NCBI GenBank assembly: GCA_034226945.1
Contig: CP120455.1
Coordinates: forward strand, 1,178,001 to 1,242,000
Origin: Picochlorum sp. SENEW3
Lineage: Eukaryota
Length of the DNA: 64,000 nucleotides
Direction of reading: 5' to 3'
Shown here: one piece after another, positions 23,466 to 32,830 of the stretch
Numbering within the stretch: the first letter of the stretch is position 1
Layout of the letters: each line of letters begins with the position of its first letter
Notes under the pieces: generated by a model
Databases searched by the model: none
Told to the model about the DNA's origin: nothing
What the model saw: the letters and a program-made list of their open reading frames with translations, nothing else
Position numbers and translations under genes: made by a program

Positions 23466-25121
23466 CTACTCGCGGAATGGAGCGAATGCGACTACAGAGT
23501 TGTGTCCTCCGAATCCAAAGGAGTTGGAGATGCCCACATTGATCTCGTGCTGGGCCTTGGCATTTGGTACAACGTCCATGTCATGCACTTCTTCGATTGG
23601 AGACTCGTGGTTGATGGTTGGATGGACGTATCCTGTTCGGATTGCCTGGATGGTGGCAATGGCTTCCATGCCTCCTGCAGCTCCAAGGCAGTGTCCAATC
23701 ATACTCTTCGTGGCATTCAGTTTGGTGTTCTTGAGCTGGTCTGGAGAGAATACCTTCTTAATTGCCTTAATTTCGGCTTTATCTCCTACAAGAGTCGATG
23801 TCGCATGAGCGTTAATGTAGTTGACAGCATCCTTGTCAATGTTGCCATCCTTGAGAGCCAACTCGATGCAGGTTGACACTCCCAGACCATCTGGGTGGGG
23901 GTCTGTCATGTGATGTGCATCGCAGGTCAAGGCCCCTCCGAGGTATTCTGCCAAGATTGTAGCTCCACGGGCCTGTGCGTGCTCCAAGCTCTCCAAGACC
24001 AACACTCCAGCTCCCTCACCCATGACAAATCCATCACGGTCATTGTCCCATGGTCTGGAAGCACGCTGTGGCTCGTCGCAGCGCTGGGAGAGAGCACGGC
24101 ATGCCACGAATCCTCCCAATCCAATTGGGATGACTGGAGCCTCGGAACCACCAGCGACAATGACATCTGCATCCCCGTTACGGATGTGGTTTGCTGCTGC
24201 CACAAAGGCATAGTTGGCAGTGGCACAGGCAGTGGAGATGGAGTAATTTGGACCCATCAGCCCTTGATCGATGGCCAGCAATCCTCCACCCATGTTGGTG
24301 ATGGCATATGGGATAAAGAAAGGACTCATCTTCTTATATCCTTTCTGCACCAGGTTGGTCACTCCGTCCTGGAGAACTTGGAGTCCTCCCATACCGGAAC
24401 CGATGAGCACGCCGACTCTCGACTTGTTAAGCTTCTCGTACCCTTCTGGATTTCCTTCCTTCTCAATACCAGCGTCACGGAGAGCCTTCTTACCGGCCAC
24501 CATGGTGTATGAGAGGCAGTCATCATATCGACGAGCATTCTTCTTGTCAATCAGACCCTCATTGTCAAAATCCTTGATCTGGGCGGCGAAGTTGGTTGGA
24601 AATTCGGATGCATCAAAGCGAGTAATGTGATCCACACCAGATACACCTTCAAGCAACTGATTGTAATAGGTGTCATAGTCATTTCCAAACACTGAGGCAA
24701 TGCCCATTCCTGTCACCACCACCCTCTTCTTTGGATCAGCCTGTGCGGCAGCGCGAACAACACACACTTTTCTTCCTGAAGTATATAAAACCATTTATCT
24801 TGTTAGTCGTGAGTTTGATAAGCCGCAAGGCCTCGCACGGGGAGGCAAAATCAAAACAACAGATTCCAGGATGTGTCGACGACCGCTCCGAGACAAATTT
24901 CCACATATTGTGGCACATTTGGTATCGAAAGCGAATTTATGCAATTTAAAATCATCTGACATGCACAGCAGCAGCAATATTCACCGCGTCGCCAGAGGAC
25001 AGCCAGAGTGGAAGTTCGCTGAGCATGTGACTGCACACGTACCTTTTGCCGCATTGACTCTTTGACCTCTTGAAGAGGCAAATGAAGCTTTGTTTGTCAC
25101 TTTACTGGTTGTCAATTGCAT
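23466..25121 (-). CDS. KASI: Plastid 3-ketoacyl-ACP synthase I
   Basis: Transit peptide exon (MQLTTSKVTNKASF...), intron 25042-24776, RVVVTGMG, GPNYSISTACAT, NAHATST, SNSFGFGGHN. Confidence 0.92.
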
Positions 25122-25714
25122 TTTGAATGATGAAATTGCCTAAATGCTACCAGATAACTATGTTTCTTCCGTCAAGGTGACTGTTTCAATCGCCAGGGAC
25201 CTATCTAACAGACAATGCCAGAAGTGCGTATCAAAAATTTTTATAAGTGCATTCAGAATCACGGAGAATGCAATCGAACAGCATCCAGCAGGCGCAACGA
25301 GTTTTCTGTTTATTATCGCGTCACAATTCACCCCTCCCATCAATGAAATGAAGAGTGGGAAGATCTGATCAGAATGCCGATAGAATAACGGTTCTCCCAC
25401 ACAGTCACCCATGTGATGGGACATGACTATCGATTTCGATTATTCGATCAGACAGCATCATCCGGATAGCGTTGGTGGATAAGATGGTCTATATTTGCTG
25501 CTGTGCCCGCATTCTCCAATGATTTGATAGTAAATTTTCTCTTTAGGCTTCACATCAAGGTATGGGGTATCGGCTGTGCGCAATGCGGCTGTCTGAGGTG
25601 TAGACAAGCAATGTTTTATCTGAGCGGCTGGGTTCTTTGTTGGGGTGTGTTCCCCAAAGCTGTATGTTGAGGCAGTACCTAAGTGTGCTATTACTTTTAT
25701 TGCAGAATATTGAA

Positions 25715-26467
25715 ATGCAGCGATCCATTGCGTTGAAGGGGGCACCAAGCCACCAGAGAGTTGTCCGTGTGACTGGTTCCAGAGTGAACCGCGTGATTGT
25801 GCGCGCTGATGCGGATGACAATGGCAATACCGCCGTGAAAGAGCGCAAACCTTCTCCACTGGAGCGTGGAGGAACCCTTTCTGGAGCTGCCGCTGCAGGT
25901 AAGGATGCCTCTGACAAGTTCAAGGCCATGGCTGAGGGTGTAGAGATCTCTGGACCAGTCATGCAGATCACTGAAGATGGAAAATTCAGAGACTACAGAT
26001 GGTCTGACGGAAGATGGGACATGAAGAGTGCCGCATTCAAAGGATCTGACGGTGAAATTGATTGGGACCTTGTGATTGATGCCGAGATGGCTCGTAGGAA
26101 GCTCTTAGAAGACACCCCAATTCCTTCCACCAACGAGGAGCCAGTTCTGTTCGATACATCTGAGATTCCATGGTGGGCATGGGTGAGACGTTTCCATCTC
26201 CCAGAGGCTGAAAAGCTCAACGGAAGGGCTGCCATGTTGGGATATGTGTTGGCTATCTTTGTCGACAAATTGACAGGTGCTGGGTTGATTGATCAGCAGG
26301 AGAGTTTCTTGGGCAAGATTGCCCTTCACATTTGCGTCTTTGGAGTGCTGTTTGTCAGAAATGTTGCTGATATTGATTCGATCAAGAATTTGATCGACGA
26401 GGCAACGTTCTACGATAAACAGTGGACCGCTACCTGGGAGAACCAGGAAAGGCCAGATGAAGAGTAA
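25715..26467 (+). CDS. LIL3: Light-harvesting-like protein 3
   Basis: WDLVIDAE, PWWAWVRRFHLPEAEKLNGRAAMLG LHC motif, EATFYDKQW. Confidence 0.9.
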   Translation: MQRSIALKGAPSHQRVVRVTGSRVNRVIVRADADDNGNTAVKERKPSPLERGGTLSGAAAAGKDASDKFKAMAEGVEISGPVMQITEDGKFRDYRWSDGRWDMKSAAFKGSDGEIDWDLVIDAEMARRKLLEDTPIPSTNEEPVLFDTSEIPWWAWVRRFHLPEAEKLNGRAAMLGYVLAIFVDKLTGAGLIDQQESFLGKIALHICVFGVLFVRNVADIDSIKNLIDEATFYDKQWTATWENQERPDEE

Positions 26468-26488
26468 TGTATGTTATACCTGTAAATT

Positions 26489-28570
26489 CTAAAATTCTAT
26501 TTGCGTCCTGTCATGTGCGGCCTTGGCGACTTTTTCCCTGACAGCATCAACTGGCATGGTTCCTATCTCACCATTGGCATACGTTCTCACAGACAATGTG
26601 TTTCCTTCTGCTTCCCTCTCTCCTATCACACACATGACGGGTATTTTTGCCTTCTCTGCATTTCTAATTGCTTTACCTATGGACATTCCTCCAACTGTCT
26701 CCACTCGAATTCCATCTTCCCTCATTTTTTTCGCTACATCTTCTACATATGGCATGACTGCATCCGTGACAGCAAGCAAGGACACTTGGACTGGGGCAAG
26801 CCATGCAGGGAAAGCACCTGCATAGTTCTCGATCAAAATTCCCATAAATCTCTCTAAAGACCCAAGGATTGCCCTGTGAATCATTATGGGTCTTTCTTTC
26901 GTATTCTCTGGTGTAATATATGACATGTCAAAGCGCTCTGGGAGATTGAAATCCAGCTGCACGGTTGAGCATTGCCATTGCCTGCCAAGCGCGTCTCGTA
27001 TCTTGATATCAATCTTCGGGCCATAGAATGCACCTCCCCCGTTATCGATGGTATATCCCCAGCCTTTAGTATCCAGAGCCTGGATGAGGGCAGCCTCTGC
27101 CTTGTCCCAAATTTCATCAGATCCTACACTCTTTTCTGGCCTTGTTGATAAATTCACCTCATACTCGGAGAAACCAAACGTGGACAACAGCTCCTCAATT
27201 AAATCCAATACACCAACAATTTCCGGAGCAATTTGATCCGGAAGACAGAAAATATGCGCATCATCCTGCGTAAAACCTCGGACCCTGAACAAGCCATGCA
27301 TCGTGCCACTTCGCTCATACCTGTACACCGTCCCCAGTTCTGCCCATCGAAGAGGAAGGTCTCTGTACGAATAATAACCATCTTTATAAATTGCAACATG
27401 GAATGGGCAATTCATAGGTTTAAGCTGGTATTCTTCGTCCTCAACATCCATTTGATCAAACATTGATTCGCTGTAAAAATCAAAGTGACCAGATGTCTTC
27501 CAAAGATCCACCTTGGCAATATGAGGCGTATATAACAATTGATAGCCCTGCTTCAAATGAATTTCTTTCCAAAACTGCTCCAGAGTGTGACGAATCATGG
27601 CTCCTTTGGGATGCCAAAATACCAAACCACCCCCTACGTCATCTGTGATGGAGAACAGGTCCAACTCCTTTCCTAGTTGCCTGTGATCCCTCTTCGCAGC
27701 CTCTTCCCTAATCTTATGATACGCTTCCAACTCTGTAGCATTTGAAAATGCACAACCGTATATTCTCTGCAGCTGGGCGTTGTCCTCATCCCCCCTCCAA
27801 TAAGCACCTGCTACATCATCCAGACTAATTGCATTGGGGTCAATGTCGCCCGTGTTCTCCACATGAGGACCCGCACAAAGATCCCACCATGATCCCTTTT
27901 CTCCAGGCTCTCCAATGTGGTAAATCGTAATCGGCGCATTTGGATCCCTGGCCACAATCGAGTCTAAAATCTCCAACTTGTACGTCTCTCCAATTTCTTC
28001 AATCCTTGAACGAGCCTCTTCAACAGACACCTCCTCCTTAACGAATGGGAGTTTCTTCTTAATAATCTTTTGCATCTCTTTCTTAATTCTCGGCAGAGAT
28101 TTTCTGGTCAGTGGCTCTTCCATGGCAAAGTCATAGTAGAACCCATGATCGATCCATGGACCAATGGTGCACTGTGCTCCCCTGAACAATTTCTGCACAG
28201 CCATGGCCATGATATGGGCACAACTGTGACGTACTCTAAGCATCGTATCGCTTTCGTCACTCGTTGGCAGATCTTGCAGGGTCAACATAGGCGCTTCTTC
28301 CTCTGCCACAACTTCAGCCTCAGCTGTGGGGGTCTGAGCTGCACAACCTCGCACGGAGCAGAAACGCCCCATATGCCCCTTATTTTTTAGCATTAACCCA
28401 ATCAAATTGTTATGTGATCCTTTGCAATGCAAGAAAGTTCTCTCACAGACTCTCGCGGTCCCTTTGCTGCTGGTCCTGTTGCAGGCACCGGAGCCCACCA
28501 GGCTGCACAGGCTTCTATGGTGGCGATACAGGCTCATTGTGCTCCTTACTTGTAATGTTGATTTCATCAT
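26489..28570 (-). CDS. thrS: Threonyl-tRNA synthetase, organellar
   Basis: Transit peptide, RHSCAH, DLCAGPH, KPMNCP, RVRGFTQDDAH, IHRAILGSLER. Confidence 0.95.
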   Translation of the reverse strand: MMKSTLQVRSTMSLYRHHRSLCSLVGSGACNRTSSKGTARVCERTFLHCKGSHNNLIGLMLKNKGHMGRFCSVRGCAAQTPTAEAEVVAEEEAPMLTLQDLPTSDESDTMLRVRHSCAHIMAMAVQKLFRGAQCTIGPWIDHGFYYDFAMEEPLTRKSLPRIKKEMQKIIKKKLPFVKEEVSVEEARSRIEEIGETYKLEILDSIVARDPNAPITIYHIGEPGEKGSWWDLCAGPHVENTGDIDPNAISLDDVAGAYWRGDEDNAQLQRIYGCAFSNATELEAYHKIREEAAKRDHRQLGKELDLFSITDDVGGGLVFWHPKGAMIRHTLEQFWKEIHLKQGYQLLYTPHIAKVDLWKTSGHFDFYSESMFDQMDVEDEEYQLKPMNCPFHVAIYKDGYYSYRDLPLRWAELGTVYRYERSGTMHGLFRVRGFTQDDAHIFCLPDQIAPEIVGVLDLIEELLSTFGFSEYEVNLSTRPEKSVGSDEIWDKAEAALIQALDTKGWGYTIDNGGGAFYGPKIDIKIRDALGRQWQCSTVQLDFNLPERFDMSYITPENTKERPIMIHRAILGSLERFMGILIENYAGAFPAWLAPVQVSLLAVTDAVMPYVEDVAKKMREDGIRVETVGGMSIGKAIRNAEKAKIPVMCVIGEREAEGNTLSVRTYANGEIGTMPVDAVREKVAKAAHDRTQIEF

Positions 28571-28909
28571 TCTTATCAGTAAGGAAACAGTCCTTGTGCT
28601 TCGTTCTTGGCGAGAATCCTATCGCAAATTCTCGCGTCCTCCCACAGAAGTTCTTCTCTGCTCAAAACGGACAATGTGGCCTCAAATTCTGGGAAAATAT
28701 TTGTTAAATTAGTACTTGGAAATGGAATTGCCGTACATAAGGGCCTATAATCACCGTCTCCCAAAAGAGGGAGGAATCCTCGCATGCGAGGCCAGGCTGG
28801 CCACTGGAACGATGGAGATTTTTTCTCCACATGGAGACTGGCAGCTCCAGAGTGTGGTGCGATAGGCGAGTAGAAAATCATTACAGTACATATATATATT
28901 CAGAAAAGG

Positions 28910-30371
28910 TTACTCGCTGCTGTCCTTCTTCTTCTTCTTCTTCTTTTCCTTCTTCTCCGAGCCAGGAGTATCGGCATCTTTCCTCTTCTTTTCCTTCTTC
29001 TCGGATTTCTTCTCCTTCTTCTTCTTTTTGTCACTTGCGGGAGTCACAGGCTCATCACTATCTTCACTAGAGACTTTTGCAGGCGTCGCCTGCTCTGGCT
29101 CAGCCATGGAACGCAAATATTCTTTGGGCGTCTTTTCATTTGGCTTGCCATGCTTGCTCAACAGCCCCTCGGCAATGAGCTGCTTCTTCTTCAAAGCCTG
29201 AGGGCCCAAGCCCCACCTTCTAGGATATGTGTCTCTCTCCATGATGACTCTCTTGATTTTTGCAACGACGCCGTGATCGCAAGAGGCCATGGTTGCTGTT
29301 GTCATCTGCGCAATACCAATGGCAACAGCCTCTCCCTTTGTGGTCATGATCACAATCTCCTCGTCGACTTCTATACCGTCCTCGAAACGGAGCAAACCAG
29401 GAATCATCAGTTTTGCTCCATAACATACAGCATTGATGGCAGAATCCTTCAGAACCAAGCGCTTGTAGTTGGTCAACAACGTCTCCAGAGGCATAATCAC
29501 ACGTCGAAGGTATTCTTCATCCTTGTGATTATCATGCACCCACTGAGCATCCAATATATCATGCATTGTCACCATATTATCCTTCTCTCCCAGGATTCCA
29601 GAACGGACACGGCGAAGCTCTTGCATGTGTCCTCCCACTCCAAGCAACAAACCCAAATGGACACACAACGTCCTCACATATGTTCCAGCCTCACACGAAA
29701 TCCAAAAGACTGCCAGGTGGCGCTCGTCATCGTATTCGTGCAACTTTGCCTTGTAAATAGTTCGGATACGGAGCTGCCTCTTCACAGCTGAGATGAGAGG
29801 TGGTCGCTGAAAGAGGGCCCCAGTCAGTTGCTCAAGTGCTCTTGATACACGCTGGGCACCCCCCTCAACGGCGGAATGGAACCTGGCGATGCACACGTAC
29901 TCTTTTCCTGCTCCTTGCTGACTTTTCACCAAACGAGTAGCGCGATCTACGCACACAATCAGGTTTCCTGTAACCTTTGGATCCAGAGTTCCCGAATGCC
30001 CAGTCTTCTCAACCCTCAAAATTCTCTTGATCCAAGCCACCACCTCGTGTGAACTCGGATTGCTAGGCTTATCAAGATTGATCACCCCATACCTAACATA
30101 CTCCTGGATTGGCCGCCTCAAAGGCGTGTTTCCCGATGGAATCGGGGTATAGTGCCCCGTGCGAATATGCAGGGACGAATAGTTCTTCAACAAGAGCGGC
30201 CATTTAGAGGTATCCAAAGGAGGAGTCGTTGATTGTGGCTTGATAACTAAATCTGCATCCAAAAATACCACACGTGTCATCTGTAGTCCGCACACCCAAC
30301 CAGAACCTGCAACGTATGCGCTCGCATGCACAATGGCCACGACCGAAATCTTCACGCACCCTCCCCACCAT
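28910..30371 (-). CDS. CBF5: H/ACA snoRNP pseudouridine synthase Cbf5/dyskerin
   Basis: [30 protein letters not shown] domain, KKE tail; short first exon MVGE. Confidence 0.95.
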
Positions 30372-30809
30372 CTTTCTGTTTATCACTCTTTTTAGAAGAG
30401 GAACCCATTTGACAATAGCACCCACGATCGAGAACGAAACCAATTCGTAGCACTGGCGGAGGCCGATGGCTGAATACAAGAAAACCGCCTCACAGGTTTC
30501 GATAGGAATTCGCTATCGCAAAATACACTAGCGATAGTCAGATTAATCACGTGTAGCAATATTTAAATGATTGTATGTGTGATATGCTGACATGTTCTCC
30601 TTCAATGCATGCAGCCTGTGCCGCATTGATGTGGTTCCTGTCAAAGGCGACATGTGACCGAACCTGAGGCAATTGCGTTGCGCTGGCTTGCAAGCCAAGA
30701 TTGGCTAAATCCAATCGATAGGACAAAACGTGCTCTTTATCAATAATTATTACATGTTTAGGTACCTGTCTTCGTGAACAAAGTATAGATTGATTCTACA
30801 CATCAGCGT

Positions 30810-31414
30810 TTACTCTGATTTGGAAGCCTTGCAGTTCTTCTGAGCAAACTTTTGGTTTCTCAGAAACTTTGGGTCCATACCCTTCCTGGAAGAGTATCTC
30901 TGCTTCTTTGGCTTCTTGATCCCATTTCTGTGGGCCTTCCTAGTCTGATTATGAGCTGTATGGTTCTGCAGTATACATATACGAACGGGTGAGCAGACCA
31001 GATACCACCAGTGGCAACCATGACGTTGCTCTCTCCACCTCCACCACCGCCGGCAGACCGAGCCAAACCACGCTGGGAGGATCGCTTCGCACCCACATCG
31101 CCCATACATCTCAATCTCATGTATTTTAACACATATTAGATGGTCGATACGAGGGCCTATGCGGCCACATACGCGACTCTGAGTCAAACAAAAGCAGACG
31201 GCGGCACTCGACCGCACTCTCCCAAGAGCAGGGTATCACGCCGATACATGGGCAGTTGTGTGCTTTTATATTGACCTAAAGTAATATATTTTCCTGTATC
31301 ACGGCCCCATCGACCTGATAGGCCGTGCAACGTGTGTCCTCGGTCCGCTTCGTGGTACGTGGAGGTTCTTTCCCTGCGACATTGAGATTGCAACCGCACC
31401 TTTGACTTTGCCAT
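30810..31414 (-). CDS. RPL29: 60S ribosomal protein L29 (eL29)
   Basis: Exon 1 MAKSK (31414-31400), intron 31399-30966, exon 2 [20 protein letters not shown]...[10 protein letters not shown]. Confidence 0.95.
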
Positions 31415-31651
31415 AGTGAATGTATATATCTAAAAATGTATGGAAAGGTACCTGGAATGGACGAGACAAAGTAGTGCGCCTCTCGAATGGAGGGCCGATC
31501 CGGCCTCATCCTTCTCCCATCAAATCCGCTGTTGAAAGGCCATCTGTAAAATTGCACTGGCCTGTGCGAAGAATGGTCCTCAGGGGACCGCTTGTGCATG
31601 GATCAAAGCATTTTCACGCAATAAAACTAATTATTGGGGATCAACGTAACC

Positions 31652-32653
31652 ATGGGTGATGTATCGAACGTAGAAGAGCTCACTGCTGCTGACTATTACG
31701 CAGATTCCTATGGGCATTTCGGAATTCACGAGGAGATGCTCAAAGATGAAGTTAGAACGAAGACATACATGAACTCCATTCTCAACAATAGTCACATATT
31801 TAAAGATAAAGTTGTTTTGGATGTTGGGTGCGGGACAGGGATCCTGAGCCTGTTTGCATCCAAAGCAGGGGCCAGGCACGTCTATGGCATAGATATGTCT
31901 GCCATCGCGGACTCTGCCAAAGAAATTGTGAAGAACAACGGGTATGAAGATAGAGTGACAATCATCAAGGGGAAAATGGAGGACGTCAGTCTCCCGGAGA
32001 AGGTTGATATTATCATATCAGAGTGGATGGGATACTTTCTGCTGTACGAAAGCATGTTGGACACGGTAATTTACGCCAGAGACAAGTGGCTCAAGCCAGA
32101 TGGACTCGTATTTCCTGATACAGCAGTTTTGTACATGGTCGCCATCGAAGATGGGGAGTACAAGAATGAGAAGATTGATTGGTGGAGCAATGTATATGGT
32201 TTTAATATGGACTGCATCGGAAAAGTTGCCATGATGGAGCCCCTCGTGGACATTGTGGAGCCGAATCAAATTTGCTCACAACCAGCGGTCATGGCCAGAT
32301 TCGATATCAAGACAATGAAGAAGGAGGATGCAGCATTCACGTCGTCTTTCAGGATTCCAGTAACAAGGAAGGACTACGTTCATGCGTTCGTAGCATACTT
32401 TGATGTGATATTCAATGACTGTCACAAGCCTATTGGATTTTCAACGTCGCCGAGAGCAACATCCACGCACTGGAAGCAGACTGTTTTCTACTTGAAGGAC
32501 ACCCTGATCGTCAACCCAGGGGATTCCATCATGGTCACTCTGTCTTCAGGCCCAAATCAGAAGAACCCAAGGGACCTAGACATCAATATCGAATACCAGC
32601 TATCGAATGGAGAGGGATCGTGGCATGGTAAGCAGGAGTACAAGCTTCGATGA
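31652..32653 (+). CDS. PRMT1: Protein arginine N-methyltransferase 1
   Basis: DYYADSY.HFGIHEEMLKD, VLDVGCGTG, ISEWMGY, THWKQT. Confidence 0.95.
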   Translation: MGDVSNVEELTAADYYADSYGHFGIHEEMLKDEVRTKTYMNSILNNSHIFKDKVVLDVGCGTGILSLFASKAGARHVYGIDMSAIADSAKEIVKNNGYEDRVTIIKGKMEDVSLPEKVDIIISEWMGYFLLYESMLDTVIYARDKWLKPDGLVFPDTAVLYMVAIEDGEYKNEKIDWWSNVYGFNMDCIGKVAMMEPLVDIVEPNQICSQPAVMARFDIKTMKKEDAAFTSSFRIPVTRKDYVHAFVAYFDVIFNDCHKPIGFSTSPRATSTHWKQTVFYLKDTLIVNPGDSIMVTLSSGPNQKNPRDLDINIEYQLSNGEGSWHGKQEYKLR

Positions 32654-32659
32654 GGAGCA

Positions 32660-32830
32660 AGCTCTATAATAGTACTTATTCGTACATCATATGCATATAG
32701 CTATGTGACTGTAGTGTTTTCCGTTGTATCACACGTCGGGGATGTCCTCCTCTGCTCGTGTCCGAGGCCTTTGGAAGACTGTTGGTTTCTCCTCGCCGTT
32801 GAGTTCCCACAGGAAAAACTTGGCGAGATT
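32660..32830 (-). ncRNA. Predicted Fanzor omegaRNA (scaffold overlapping the ORF 3' end, guide from flanking DNA)
   Basis: Positional inference from known TnpB/Fanzor loci; the structure was not demonstrated. Confidence 0.35.
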
